A stretch of DNA of 61,793 nucleotides, filler included, from Sanchytrium tribonematis (lineage: Eukaryota), in the NCBI GenBank assembly GCA_018985235.1. It is 5 parts of 5 records of this genome, joined end to end, with 100 filler letters (N's around TTAATTAATTAA, not from the genome) between each part and the next. Parts side by side here need not be neighbours in the genome. Positions count along the whole stretch, not along the records: positions 1 to 12,315 come from JADGIG010000223.1; positions 12,416 to 24,716 come from JADGIG010000224.1; 3 more parts are not named here. One strand, 5' to 3'. Every line of letters begins with the position of its first letter. Position 1 is the first letter of the stretch. A program made the translations under genes and the position numbers. Below, piece after piece: positions 1 to 12,416 of the stretch. The notes under the pieces are model-generated. The model did no database searches, was not told the origin of the DNA, and saw nothing but the letters and a program-made list of their open reading frames with translations.

Positions 1-624
1 GATGGGGTCAAGTTCAAGATCGACCGCCGATCCAAAATTCAAGATGAGGCAAAAGATTTAATTGCGAGAGAAGTGTTAAAGACCCTGTTGGAGGCTGATT
101 TTGTCAAATCAAAGGAGACACAGTACAGAAAGCAATTAGCTCATGTGGCGAAGAGATATTCTGACGAGCCTCTTGTTTATAAACCGGTATATGTTTCGGA
201 TGGGCTTTTCAAAATTCAATTAAATTTTGGAGTAGACAATTTTTATGAATCTAAAGAATTTTACACAGACAAAGATTTTGCGGAGGAAAGTATGGCAAGC
301 AGTGTGCTTAGCCGCTTGGCTGCTTTTTCAAATACAGGCATCAAAAGGGCGGCTGATGGAACTCCCGCTTCTATGAAAAATTCGTTTAGCCAATTTAGAC
401 AAAAATTACACACTTACTTGGATCAAAGACACACCTTATATGAGTACCAAATTCGAGAATTCAAGAAGAACAAAAACTCGGTATATACAGCCTCATTGAT
501 TATTTCTTTGAATGATGATTGTAAAACTTTTACAGGTACTCTGAGACACAGCAGTAAAGATAAGGCAAAAGAGGAGGTAGCTCAGATTGCCTGGGACGCA
601 CTAAATCAAGTAATTATAGATTAA
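1..624 (+). CDS. Multi-dsRBD (double-stranded RNA-binding domain-like) protein, 5'-partial
   Basis: Frame is open from base 1. Repeated units end in dsRBD-like helix-2 motifs: SKIQDEAKDLIAREVLKTL, TDKDFAEESMASSVLSRL, SSKDKAKEEVAQIAWDAL. Confidence 0.55.
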   Translation, partial: DGVKFKIDRRSKIQDEAKDLIAREVLKTLLEADFVKSKETQYRKQLAHVAKRYSDEPLVYKPVYVSDGLFKIQLNFGVDNFYESKEFYTDKDFAEESMASSVLSRLAAFSNTGIKRAADGTPASMKNSFSQFRQKLHTYLDQRHTLYEYQIREFKKNKNSVYTASLIISLNDDCKTFTGTLRHSSKDKAKEEVAQIAWDALNQVIID

Positions 625-630
625 ATTTAT

Positions 631-3600
631 TCAGTCGTCTTCATTGATCACAGAGCTTATTAAACTATCGACGTTAAGCGCTAGTTGCCGCTGCCTATTT
701 TTGTTTGTATCAAACAAAAGTGGTTCAGTCAAAGCTTGGAATCCAGTTTCTTCAAGTAGAACACTGAGTTGTATATTGTATTTGCCTAGAACTTCCACTG
801 CTTTTATATAAAGATTTGTAATGTTTTGCTTAAAACCATCATTAAAAGTATTTTTCGCCAATTGCCGTAATCTGGCAATCAATTTCGGTGATATTGCAGC
901 AAAAATATCCGGCCGAAGTTGAACTCCATCATATAAAATTGTAAACAAGCTTTCAAGCATTTGCTCAGATAAATCTAAATATAGAAAATTAAGTGCCATG
1001 GTCATAATAAATAATATTGAAGTGTCGCTTTTAACCAGCATTACCTCATAAAGAGTTACATCGTGCTTTGACATCTCAGGCACAATTTCTCTCACATCGT
1101 ATTGGTCGCTGCAAGTTAAAAGCAAAACGAAACCTGTCAATTCGCTTCTTAGGCTCATATTTTTCTGGATATCGCATAAATTTAAAATGCTTACAACAAC
1201 AGTCTCTGTGATATTTTTCGTGTCTTTATCACTCAATCCTTTTGACAAGGCAGAACTTAACGCAAATCCGAAATCCAACTCAAAATTTAAACCACTGTGT
1301 TTATCCATGCTCTTGCTTACCTCTGCAAATGATCCTCTGACTTGTAACAAGCTATCTATTAGTCCAAGTTCAATAAAGTCACCATTTTGATCCAGTGAAT
1401 GTAATCCAGCCTCTAATAAATGAAGTGAATAGACAAAAAGCTTTTTGTGGCCCAATAATAGCACATAAATCGCAATCCAAATTATTTTTCTGGTAAAGTC
1501 TGATTGATACATACTTCCACTCATGATATTTGTCAGGCATATTATTGTAGAGCACGCAAGATCAGAGTCATCGGGTTCAAAATGAGTCAAACTATATTTC
1601 AACACCTAAATTAATAAACGGCACCATTAAAATTTGATATATCAAGTCGTCATCTGCATCGTCACTACTTAAAGCACCCAAAGCAACAAATGCGCGTGGT
1701 TGTAAAATTTTGTTGTATTGAAACGCACTACTACTAACTAATCCCATTAACCTCGCTCTATGAGCATGTAAATCATCCAAGCTTTTACTAGCACAGATCA
1801 ATATGTCTGCAATCAAATGAACTAGATGGCCTACATCTCCTAACGTTGGTTCTTTGTTCAAAACATCGGATCCGATTAAATTTTGTTTTGGAAGATATGC
1901 CAATCCAAAAAGATTTAGAACTGATTCATTTTCAGCTTGATCGGTGATGTATTGCAATAAATTTTCATCTAAACTGTCGTTGATACTATAAACTAGATTG
2001 CATAAAAGGCGGTACACATTAATTCGCTGTTGGGCATTTCCTTGACCAGCCAAACTTATAATAAGATACATGACATCTGCCAGATAATAGTCTACACTCA
2101 ATGAACCATTAAATGCATAGTTGGCTAGAATCTGTAAATGTATATCAATGCTATTCAGAGGATTGTCAGAATTTATAATCAAGGTTTTTCGAATACAACT
2201 GAGAATCTTTCCAACTACTACATTTATGTTCATACCAACTGCACAAAGTATTTCTAGAAATACTTCACTTTGAACATCATTCATATTCATAGCTAATATA
2301 ATGTCAGTAACAAGATTTGCAGCGGCTGGATTTTTAGACATCGGAGCCCATATTTTCTCAGTTAATATGCCAATGAATTCAAAATGGTTACTCGTCAGAT
2401 CAAGCAAACATTTCAGAACCTTGTTCATATTTTCAGTCGAGGTGTCGTCACTACCGCTATCAATTTTTTTACAAATTTGGTCAATGCAGGGCTCAAGCAA
2501 GCTCAAAAAGTCCAAGTTCGAGTAAAATTCCTGGTTTGACAAATACTGACAAGCTTCTAAAATAAAAGGCACAGCGACATTACTGGAGTCGCGTATTAAA
2601 TCTCCTACCAAATGCTCACTCAATATATTACTATTACTGCAGATAAACGAGTTTTTCTTTTCATCAATGGTAATCTCCAACTTTTCCACTAAAGCATGAT
2701 ACAATTGATAAGCTGAATTTTGTAAACTGGTGTTTGACTCTAGTAAATTTGAGAAAATAAGTACCAACAAACTCCCTTGAACTGAATCTAATCCAAATTC
2801 TTTTTCAATAGGCTCTGCTTTGACGATTGTTAGATTCTTCTTACTCTGAGTTATAATTTGATATATTTGATTAAAATTGGGCGATGAAAAATCGTATTCT
2901 TCTGAGTTTGTTTTAATAATAAACCTAACTTCACTCGAAGTTTCTTTTTTCTTGATTACTTCATCTACAGCAGCCACATCAATGACATCGTTGAGAACGG
3001 CCTGGATACCAGCAGTTATTTCAATTTTCTTTGTTGAGATAATTTGTATACAGTTTTTCCCTAATAGCAAATGCACAGGGTATGCGTTACCTTGCAGATT
3101 TCGAATTGTGTTTGAAAAAAGAACAGTTGGTTCATCGAGACTAAGGGTTAGACTTGGCAAGGTTAGTGAATTTGTTGGAAATAATTCTTTGAGCTGCTGA
3201 ACAGTTGAAAAAAAAGTTGCTTTTTTAAACATCTCAATGGTAGCTTTCGGAAAATTTTTAACCAGTCCTCTGAGAGTATTGTTGGGATTAAGTACAAAAA
3301 TGTTTTTGACATTGTTTATCATATTATTGGTTACAATTGCACTGATTTTCTCAATCACAATCTCTGAAATGGCATTCTCGACCGCGAATCCTGTCAAGTC
3401 GATCAATATATAGTACTTATCGTGCGCAATCGAGTTTAATAAAGAATATGTATAATATATAGCATGTTCTAGATCGATCTGAGAAACGTCGTATCTTCTC
3501 GCAATAAAAACTATTCCAGGTGTTCTTTCTTTCGTTCTACTACCTTCAGTTATAAAGCCTAGATTTTTAATTTTTGATCCATCTACACTTTCATATTTCT

Positions 3601-6600
3601 TTCGTAAATCGTTGACGACTTTACTCAAATTTTTGTCATCTGCAATACTTTGTTCTCCAGTGGAGGTGATTGATACTTTTGTAGGTACAGGAGCTCCTAA
3701 ATCAACAATTATTTGATCAAACTGTTCTTTAATCTTTTTTAAAGCTGTTGAACCACTCTCATGCTCCTCGTCTTTACTTTTTGTTAAAGATCTTGACTTC
3801 AAAGTTAGTTGGTTGTAAATCTTATCCTTCTGTTGATATAAATGTAAATAAATGTCATGCATGTCTAAGTCACTTGTGATATCTGGAATACTATCCAAGT
3901 GAAATTGATTTAAGTTATCTTTGTTTGGCTGAACACTTATTTCATTTAGAAAATCACTTGTCTTTGGTATGTGCTTTTCAACAAATACATTCAATGTAGT
4001 CATAAATTCTTCTTTGTTTCCGAAAAACACGAAATTAGCTAAATTCTGAATACATTTCGCTATCAAAACTAGGGATCTACTCAACTCTGGGTTTCTATTA
4101 GATAATGTAAGACCGCTCCCTTCAGGAGAAACAATGGCAGGGCAAACAAATCTTAAAAAGAAATACCCAGAAACAGCGTTGTTTTTTGCGTCTGGAAATT
4201 TTTGACCCACAATATTACTTATAATGTTACACACATTTCGAATTACAATTGGAATTTCGCTCTTGTTACCATATATCTTGTTCATTATAAACTCGCACAT
4301 GTCTTTCAAATTTTGAGTATTTCTTGCCAGTTCTTGAGGGTTTGACAGTTTTAAAGGATCAATTTCAAATTGGATATTGTTTTTTAGGTCTTCGGATATT
4401 TTGTTGACAATCGGCTGCACCACTGTTTTTAAATAAGCAATACCATATTTCTGATTTACCAAAGTCAATAGCTTAGTCGACATGGAGTTTCTTCGAAATA
4501 TAACATTTGCAGCGTCAGTCTTTCCAATATCTCTATCGATGCTGGTCCGGAGTAATTTATAAGGATCTTTGAATTCGTCAAACACAAGAAAGACTTTTTC
4601 CAAAATTTGCTCTCTAATTGATACATCAATATTCTCGTAAAGTATAACACAAATTATTGGATCATACTCGATCAAAAAACTTTTTAATGAAGCAAATGAT
4701 ATTGTTGGCTCTACAGTTTCAACTTTGTCTGATTGTTGGCTTTTAACAAGCGATTTTGACAAAATATTTAGAACAAAAGGTCTAAGCTTTGTAGAGGAAT
4801 TTTGAGCCATAGTGATAATAAATTTTAATCCGATGTCTTGATTAGCCGCGACCAATGAAGCAAAACTTTGAATTAAATCATCTGTTAAATAGTGGATCTC
4901 TTTGCCAGAATAGATGCTTGTTGAAGTGGCACCACTTTGTATAACGTGTGTCTTGTACAGCACCTTTTGAAGTACATTAACATAGTTATTAAATGTTCGT
5001 TCCTTCATTTCTTTCAGATCTGTTTTGGATAAATTATCATTATTTTGAGGCTTTAGTGACAATCCTTCAAATAAAAATTTAAGACACTTGATGCTAGTAG
5101 TATCTAACTCTTTAAAAATTAGGCATTGATCTGTGCTATATTCCATGTCGCTTATCCAAGAAGAAATAATTTGGGCAAGGAAATTTTTAATAGCTAAATC
5201 TTTGAAAACATCGGCCTTTTTCTCAAATAGCGTATAGACAAGCCGACAAAAAGCAAGTTTGGCTTCTACTGTATATGCATCCTTAGTGCCATCAATATCC
5301 AGAGAAATAAATGACAACATTTTGTCCATGGACATGGTCATTGTTTTCGCTGCAGTTTCGTTTTTGCTAATTGCTTTATGCATGATAGTTATAATTCGGC
5401 ACAAATATTCAGAGTCTTTTTGTGTAGAACTAACAGCGTTCAATTGAGAAGACAATTTCTTTTCAATAATACTCCAAAAACTATAATCCAATTCTTCACC
5501 AATTATATGTGGCAAATATTCCTTTAAAATCGGATTCTCACTTCTCAGTAGATTTACCAAATCACTTAAAAAGGCGTCTACAAGAAGATGGATACTTAGT
5601 CGCTCTGATGCCGTGTTAAAAAATGTATCGAATCTTAAAAATGTTGAGGCTTCGTATATTTGCTTCTCCAATGACTCATTAGGAATACAAAGAGGGAGAA
5701 GATAGCACATGCTCAGAGTTACACTCACCCACTCACTCTTTGTTTCTTTTTCTGCATCACTTTTGTGGCTCTGAGTATAGCTATATTTTGTAGACATTCT
5801 CTTTAAGCGGGAATCCATAAGCTCTTGTTGTCTACTCATATTAAGAGTTTTCCACCTTCGGTACAGTTGGTCAAAACAAACGATGGTGCTAAGGCTAGGT
5901 TTTCTCAAGCTAACAGTCAATGATTTAAACATATTCTGATAAGAAATTGGCTCTAAAAGCTTCTTGTAGATTGCTATATGAGGTATATTTAGTAAATCAA
6001 ATTCGTCTTTATCAAATTTTTCAAAAGCCACTAATATAATGCTCCAAACATTTTTAACTCCACAAAACAAGTCGATGTCTGTTAGTGCTAGACAATACAG
6101 CAAAGCACTTTCGACTGAGTGTATAGCAGCAGTCTTAAGTCTATTATCTGTAGGACTCAACATTATACTTGCATCCAAAGCCATGGTGGTTAATACACTG
6201 TCGAAAAAGTTTTGTAAAAATTCTAATAGCAAAACTATTTCCTCTTTTTTTGACTCAAAGATCAATTTCGAGATGCTCAATAGAATAAAAGAAAACGCTT
6301 TAACAAATAAAGACGAGTTTTTAGCCCAGACATTGATTAGACCATTTTGATATGTCTTTTGAATCACATTTAGAGCCACGGATCTGGTTTGTGGTGGAGC
6401 CTCTTCAAGTACACTGACAATGTCTCGTACTACAGAATCAAAATCGTCGACTACTGCTATCTTAGGTTCCATTTCTAAGATTTTAACTACATAGTAGACT
6501 ACATCTTTTCTCGGATCCTCTGCTTTCTTTTTCTTGTCGAACATGGCCAATTTTTTAGACGCTTCAAGTTCCTCTGGCAAAAGACTCTCGTGCAGTAGTG

Positions 6601-7780
6601 TTTTGACAAAAGTACACATGCTTGCGTTGTTTGAAATCGGAGAATTCCAAGGCTGGTGATCAGAACTGGCTAATGCGTAAAACACTTTCGCAAGTAGCCT
6701 CTTGTTATCAAACATAGATGAAAACACTTTTATAGTAGAAGGTGGAGAAATCCTATACAACCCAACTAGCCCGTCTAATAATAACCCTTCGTCGGTATCT
6801 TTGGCTTTTAGACCCAATTGTACTATCTCCCTGACATCACTCTCAAAATCAAACGCCAATGATCTCAGCTCAGATCTGTCTTTGAGAAATACGGCTGCCT
6901 TTAAAATATCGACTAATGACGAGGAAAACTCTTTTTTATGCTTCCTTAATAATTCAATAAATTGTATATAATGAGAAGCAGTAAGCTTTTGGCTATTTAA
7001 TATCATAAGCATTGTTTGCAATTGTACGAATTTTTTCTTTTCTTCATTTAAAGTCAAAAAAAATAAATCTATGACGTCATCTAGCTTTCTAGCTCCAGAG
7101 GCCAAATTGACAAAATCTACAGGGTACCATTCAATAAAATTCCAAATCAATTTACGGCATATAACACATGCATTAACTTGTGCTGGTTTCTTCAATTGCG
7201 GAAATGCATTGAAAATGTGCCGAATAACAACTATGAGTTTGTCTAGTTGAAAGGCGCAGTACTGTAAAATGTTCATTTCAGAGTCTTCTTTACTAATTCT
7301 CAGAATGTGGTCGATAATGATTTGCGGATTTGACATGCTCAGATAAAATAATGTCCTTATTACCTCATCTGAACTATGAATTAATTTTCGAGCAGTATTA
7401 AATATAATTAAGGATACATTTGGATCCATACTCACGATCTCAGGCATAGAAACCGATAACGAATGACCGATTGAAGTTCCCATGCTACTTAAGGATGCTA
7501 CACTCCCCCCTATAAGTGTCGCGCCTTGTAAGAACATTTGCGATCCAGATAAATTTGATTGTTTCAATTCTGGACTCATTTGGAAAAGGCATAAATTCAT
7601 CCAACTGACTATTTGTGTCATAGCTCTAATCTGGCCTTGATTCGATTCTTGAAAAACTGATAAAATTTGCTCTAGCTTACCGGCTAAAGCCTCAAAAACA
7701 GCTTTTGGCTTAATTTTGTACAACCTGGTGATCAAATCTTGATCGCCTTCTGTTATCGCATCAATTAAGATAGATTCCAT
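631..7780 (-). CDS. NF1: Neurofibromin/Ira-type RasGAP (GAP + Sec14-PH-like region), 2 exons, ~2376 aa
   Basis: Arginine-finger IFRRNSMSTK, FFLRFVCPAIVSP, LIAKCIQNLAN and C-terminal QPRAFVALGAL..DDDLIYQIL. ORFs 1592..7780 and 631..1605 join in frame after removing 1606-1624. Confidence 0.92.
1606..1624 (-). other. 19-nt spliceosomal intron GTGCCGTTTATTAATTTAG (NF1)
   Basis: Removal gives ILM|VLKYSL and fuses two long ORFs. GT-AG ends, TTAAT branch motif with A at -6. Confidence 0.88.
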
Positions 7781-7820
7781 TTTTTATAAAAGGTCGTGTT
7801 TCAGATATAACCAAAAAAAT

Positions 7821-8591
7821 TTATTCAAGTTTTCGGTAAGATCTTTTCTGAGGCAACGCAAAATAAGCGCAGTATACTAACAAGGCAATAACAAACGGAA
7901 TTTTATAAACCCCCACCAAAAAAGCTCGAATTAAACACATAGTAACATAAGCTCCTAAAGCGCCCATATAAGCATATCCATAATTAGGAATGAAGGTATT
8001 TGATTTGTATGAGAAGTATAAAACATAGAGGGAGTAAGGCAAAAGTAAAAAGTGATACAGAGTGAAAACAACATGTGGCTGAAGCAAAAAATCGTTCAAC
8101 GTAATCCCAAATATGGGAAATAAGGCTAGTAATATATGAATGTAATGGGAATTTTGCGTGGCTATTTTTGTAGTGTTTGGCATGGGTAGTCCAGAATCAA
8201 GAACTGTGGTCTTTTCGTTCATGCTTATATTAGGGATATTCGCGTTTTGGTCTCTCATTGGAAGTTGATTGTTTTTCATTTTTAATAATATTGCTCCCAA
8301 ATCAGATTCAAAACCAAAGCAACTAAAAGGTCTAGCGTTCTCTATATTTTGAAATTGATCCATAAAAGCAGATTGTATCGCATAAAGCGCATTCACTGCC
8401 ATCAGCTTGGGAATGCCGGGAGCTTCCAGTATAACAGTGATTACATTATTGTAATAAAAATATTTCTGATCAATTGATGCTAAGTTTGGCGATTGCTTTT
8501 TTACAAATCTCAAGACATTTTTGAGATGTTTCTGGTGAGGTAAACTAGCACACAAAATAGTACCAGCCGAATTTGCAATTATGCAAGACAT
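7821..8591 (-). CDS. Longin-like N-terminal domain plus multi-pass membrane C-terminus, no SNARE motif seen
   Basis: First ~105 aa end in ENARPFSCFGFESDL, similar to the Sec22/VAMP7 longin end. About four hydrophobic segments in the C-terminal ~110 aa. Confidence 0.45.
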   Translation of the reverse strand: MSCIIANSAGTILCASLPHQKHLKNVLRFVKKQSPNLASIDQKYFYYNNVITVILEAPGIPKLMAVNALYAIQSAFMDQFQNIENARPFSCFGFESDLGAILLKMKNNQLPMRDQNANIPNISMNEKTTVLDSGLPMPNTTKIATQNSHYIHILLALFPIFGITLNDFLLQPHVVFTLYHFLLLPYSLYVLYFSYKSNTFIPNYGYAYMGALGAYVTMCLIRAFLVGVYKIPFVIALLVYCAYFALPQKRSYRKLE

Positions 8592-8663
8592 GAATCCTAG
8601 TTACAAAAAATAAATGAAATTGGAACATAAAGCAGAAATTTTATTCCATTGAAATTAAGGCTG

Positions 8664-9026
8664 TCATTTGCTGCTATTGTGTCCTCTTCCTCTAGAACGT
8701 CCTCTTCCTCTATTTGCCCCTCTTCCACCGCGTTGACCTGATCTATTATTCTTTTTGTTGTAATTTGATTTTTTATCTGATTTAGGCTTATCAAGTGCTT
8801 CTTTGTTAAGTCTAATACACTTAACGCAATTACCCTTTACGTACACATCTTCGGCCTTGAGCTGTACAATAGGTTCCTGACTAGGCTTTACAATGACAAC
8901 GTCTTTTAATTTGCAGTTCATAAAATGATCGCATTTATCTAGTATGCCTGTATAAAAATCGCCATTTTTACATTCTATACTCACTAGATTGCCACAACTA
9001 TTCTCCAAAACATGAGATGGTAGCAT
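8664..9026 (-). CDS. LSM4: Sm-like protein, Lsm4 type
   Basis: MLP start, IECKNGDFYTGILDKCDHFMN (Sm1), VYVKGNCVKCIRL (Sm2), RG/RGG-rich tail. Confidence 0.75.
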   Translation of the reverse strand: MLPSHVLENSCGNLVSIECKNGDFYTGILDKCDHFMNCKLKDVVIVKPSQEPIVQLKAEDVYVKGNCVKCIRLNKEALDKPKSDKKSNYNKKNNRSGQRGGRGANRGRGRSRGRGHNSSK

Positions 9027-9180
9027 TTAATTCCTTTGTTACAAAAACAAAATTACTTAAAGTTTTCATATTTGACAATAAACATATGATCTAATGTAGC
9101 TCGCAAAAACGACTTACTTACGGCTTATCTGTTGATGATTTGTTATTATCTCAATATTATTGGAGAAAACATAAAACATT

Positions 9181-9870
9181 ATGCAGAGAGCTCAGGACAG
9201 AATTGGTTCCAAAGGTGCTAGTGCAATGGCTAGGAAAGAAGAATTGCAACTTAATAGAAGGGACAGACTTAAAAAATTAGCAATGGACACTGTAGATTTG
9301 AAATCGGATCCTTATTTTTTGAAAAATCATTTAGGAACATTTGAATGCAAATTGTGTCTCACAATACATAGCAACGAAGGAAGTTATCTTATTCATACTC
9401 AAGGAAAAAAACACCAGATGAATATATCTAGGCGTGCCGCCAAAGAAGCGTATCTTAGTACAAATACAGCTGGAATGGGTTTGTTTGAACAAAAAGCTAA
9501 TATTGTGGAGGCACGAAAACCAAAAAAGAGGTTCACAAAAATTGGGGTTCCTTCCTACAAGATTACCAAAGTACGGGATCCATTGACTTCCAACATGGGA
9601 ATTTTAATACAAGTTGATGTTCCAAAAATAGTAGATAAGGTAGAGCCAATGCATCGCTTCATGTCTTCATTTGAACAGAAAAATGAAACGGCAGATAAGT
9701 CTTGGCAATATATTCTAATTGCTGCTGAGCCTTACGAAACGATTGCTGTAAAAGTCCCAAGCTATGAACTTGATATCGAGCAAGTATTTAATTATTATGA
9801 TCCAGACGAAAAAGTTTTTATATTGCAGATAATGTATAACGGTACAATTAATGAATTGAAAATTGAATAG
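9181..9870 (+). CDS. SF3A2: Splicing factor 3A subunit 2 (Prp11/SAP62)
   Basis: DPYFLKNHLGTFECKLCLTIHSNEGSYLIHTQGKKHQ zinc finger; HRFMSSFEQK; IAAEPYETIA. Confidence 0.95.
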   Translation: MQRAQDRIGSKGASAMARKEELQLNRRDRLKKLAMDTVDLKSDPYFLKNHLGTFECKLCLTIHSNEGSYLIHTQGKKHQMNISRRAAKEAYLSTNTAGMGLFEQKANIVEARKPKKRFTKIGVPSYKITKVRDPLTSNMGILIQVDVPKIVDKVEPMHRFMSSFEQKNETADKSWQYILIAAEPYETIAVKVPSYELDIEQVFNYYDPDEKVFILQIMYNGTINELKIE

Positions 9871-9888
9871 TTTTTTTAACTCCTTGAA

Positions 9889-10431
9889 ATGAATTCTTCC
9901 CAAACATATTTTGTGTTTATTGACTTGGAAATGACTGGCCTTGAAGTAAAGCACCATAAAATATTAGAGTTTGCCATGATAATAACAAATGAGAATTTAG
10001 ATATTTTGAAAGAATTTCACTCACCTGTTCATCAAAGTCAAAATGTTATCGACAATATGACAAGTTGGTGCAAAGATCACTTTCTAGGTCCAGGTAATTT
10101 GGCAGAGGAATGTTTAAATTCAAAAATGACTGAGTCGAAGATTGAGATTGAAGTGGTCTCAATACTTCAAAAATATCCAGGTACGAAATATCTTGCTGGT
10201 AATTCAATATCAACAGACAAATACTTCCTCATGGAATACATGCCAGCCATAATTGATTGTCTACATTATAGAATAATCGATGTTTCTACTTTGAAAACTT
10301 TGGTTAATTGTTGGCTGCCTCAAGTACAACAATTTCCAAAAGCACTTCGACATCGCGCTTTGGATGACATAAAAGAAAGTATTGAAGAACTCTCGCATTT
10401 CAGAAAATTATTGTTTAATAAAGCAAATTAA
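9889..10431 (+). CDS. REX2: Oligoribonuclease (DEDDh exonuclease)
   Basis: FIDLEMTGL, LAGNSI, LHYRIIDVSTLK, HRALDDIKESIEEL. Confidence 0.95.
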   Translation: MNSSQTYFVFIDLEMTGLEVKHHKILEFAMIITNENLDILKEFHSPVHQSQNVIDNMTSWCKDHFLGPGNLAEECLNSKMTESKIEIEVVSILQKYPGTKYLAGNSISTDKYFLMEYMPAIIDCLHYRIIDVSTLKTLVNCWLPQVQQFPKALRHRALDDIKESIEELSHFRKLLFNKAN

Positions 10432-10445
10432 ACAAAATGAATTGT

Positions 10446-11477
10446 TTATTTAGTAGGAGTATTCACATTACTGGGTGCATTGTGCTTTTCACGCAGCAAA
10501 AGCTTTGACTGGAAAAACTTTTCTAGAGAATCTGCGCTTTTATAGTATGGAGTATTTGGCGCATTGTAAATTCTGCAATTGTCAAAAATAAGTTGGACAT
10601 CACGTTTAAATGCTTCCAAACTTACATATTCATTATTGGTAACTTTTTCTGCTAGTTTTCTTAAATCCATTGGATTTGTGATCAAGGTATAATAGTCTTT
10701 AACTTGTTCACCATCAACTGGTTCAGCAAATGGCCATGCACTGTGGTGATTTCTTAAATCATCAAGTAACTGAGTAAATAAATTTAAATTTGCACTTTTA
10801 GCTACTATGGAATGTTTTTCTGCGAGTTCTGGCGTCCAACCGCTTTCCTTTACACCAGGTATTGACATCGGATCGATAGGACCTTTTCTAAAATCCAAAC
10901 CTTTGTATCGTGTCTTTTGCGAGGTATGTTGGCTTATAATATCATTGATTGTACTTTTTTGCAATTCAATATCTTCTTTAATTGTCAAATAATTCACTTT
11001 TGGCAAAATCACGCACACCATTGGATTTGCCCCTTCGTAATCCTTAATATAACCTTTCCAAGTTTTTTCATCTAGAACTCCAAAATCTTGAGTAAATCCT
11101 TGCTTTTTAAAATAGCCAATTGCATAGTTGTCCGCATAAGTTATGAGATATCTATAATCTCCTAAGTTCGACACCGCGTGCTTAAGATTGTTCATAATTG
11201 CACTGCCATAACCTTTCACTTGTTCGCTACTTTTGACCGCCGCAAAAACAATTTCGACAAACCTCCGGTGTTGAAATGGTTTATAGCAAATACCGCCTAT
11301 GACAGACTCGTCATCACTGATTAGAATCATGGAATTGTGTGATCTATCATAAACAACTTTTGCAATATACTCACGAGGCATGTTGGGTAGTTGTTTTTGA
11401 AATATATTTTTTAGGCCTGTAAGCAATACTGTATTCTCTTCACTTCCATTATTTGTGCAGTGCTGAAATCGAGTCAT
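10446..11477 (-). CDS. GCN5: Histone acetyltransferase Gcn5 (GNAT + bromodomain)
   Basis: LTGLKNIFQKQLPNMPREYI, EQVKGYG, TYADNYAIGYFKKQGF; bromodomain SAWPFAEPV..DYY..NPMDL..NCRIYN. First ATG at 11477. Confidence 0.95.
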   Translation of the reverse strand: MTRFQHCTNNGSEENTVLLTGLKNIFQKQLPNMPREYIAKVVYDRSHNSMILISDDESVIGGICYKPFQHRRFVEIVFAAVKSSEQVKGYGSAIMNNLKHAVSNLGDYRYLITYADNYAIGYFKKQGFTQDFGVLDEKTWKGYIKDYEGANPMVCVILPKVNYLTIKEDIELQKSTINDIISQHTSQKTRYKGLDFRKGPIDPMSIPGVKESGWTPELAEKHSIVAKSANLNLFTQLLDDLRNHHSAWPFAEPVDGEQVKDYYTLITNPMDLRKLAEKVTNNEYVSLEAFKRDVQLIFDNCRIYNAPNTPYYKSADSLEKFFQSKLLLREKHNAPSNVNTPTK

Positions 11478-11528
11478 AATAATATCAAGTTTCAACTCCT
11501 CAAGCCTTGCAAAATATTTCCAACTTCG

Positions 11529-12305
11529 ATGTTGAATGTAGTGGTAGGATGGATATTACATAGTCTCGATTTATCTCTAGATCTCACTAGGCATGACTCT
11601 GCGATAGATTTTTTGCAAAATTCTCCATTTGATGTCAAGTTAAATCAAGAATTATGCATCTTTTTCGGAAATTTGTACAAATGGAGTACTGCCTATTCAC
11701 TTTATGACACAAGTCCGTTCCAATTTATATTGCTATTGGGAATTGATACTGGACTAAATTTATTTATTAATTTATTATATTTCACCTACGCTGGCCATTT
11801 CCTATTCTATGTTGTTATGTCAAGAGTGCAAAATTTGTTTTATAGCACAACCTACTCGCTCTTTTTGTTGTTTCGGTCGAAAAGGTACAACGTGCTTAAG
11901 AATCGCACAGAAAATACTTCCTTTGAAATGGATCAATTTATTTTAGGAACTATCATCTTTATTCCTTTTATTTTAGCATTCCCTACTGTTATTATATTTT
12001 ACTCTTATTCAGTTTACATGATACTAGAGTTATACATGATTCACTTTCTATACTTCTATGTGAAGTCCTTTTTACGTACTGAATTCAAATTGAGCTTCGA
12101 GTCCAAAAAAGTAACTTTTTTTTCAAATTATCCATGTTTTGAAACTATTCAGAATCACTTCATTACATCATACAACAACATGGAAATAAAAATGGAGCGC
12201 TTCAGCTTGTACCAAGTCAGCGAAACCTCTGAAAGAGCAAATTTGAAGCAAATCATACGCGGAGTTCCATTCAGATTAAAAGCCAAACATTTATTGACGC
12301 CATAA
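11529..12305 (+). CDS. GPI1: GPI-GlcNAc transferase subunit Gpi1/PIG-Q (short form)
   Basis: KLNQELCIFFG, LFLLFRSKRYNVLKNR, DQFILGTIIF..FPTVIIFY. Start codon uncertain. Confidence 0.85.
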   Translation: MLNVVVGWILHSLDLSLDLTRHDSAIDFLQNSPFDVKLNQELCIFFGNLYKWSTAYSLYDTSPFQFILLLGIDTGLNLFINLLYFTYAGHFLFYVVMSRVQNLFYSTTYSLFLLFRSKRYNVLKNRTENTSFEMDQFILGTIIFIPFILAFPTVIIFYSYSVYMILELYMIHFLYFYVKSFLRTEFKLSFESKKVTFFSNYPCFETIQNHFITSYNNMEIKMERFSLYQVSETSERANLKQIIRGVPFRLKAKHLLTP

Positions 12306-12315
12306 TGGCACCATT

Positions 12316-12415
12316 NNNNNNNNNNNNNNNNNNNNNNNNNNNNNNNNNNNNNNNNNNNNTTAATTAATTAANNNNNNNNNNNNNNNNNNNNNNNNNNNNN
12401 NNNNNNNNNNNNNNN
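12316..12415. other. Artificial contig linker (N44-TTAATTAATTAA-N44)
   Basis: Six-frame stop spacer flanked by N runs. Confidence 0.98.
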
Positions 12416-12416
12416 T

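Noticed and set aside
9027..9180. Possible snRNA or snoRNA in the LSM4/SF3A2 spacer (also checked 20006-20185 and 28030-28223)
   Set aside because: No convincing U1/U2/U5/U6 or box C/D signature by eye; a covariance-model search is needed.
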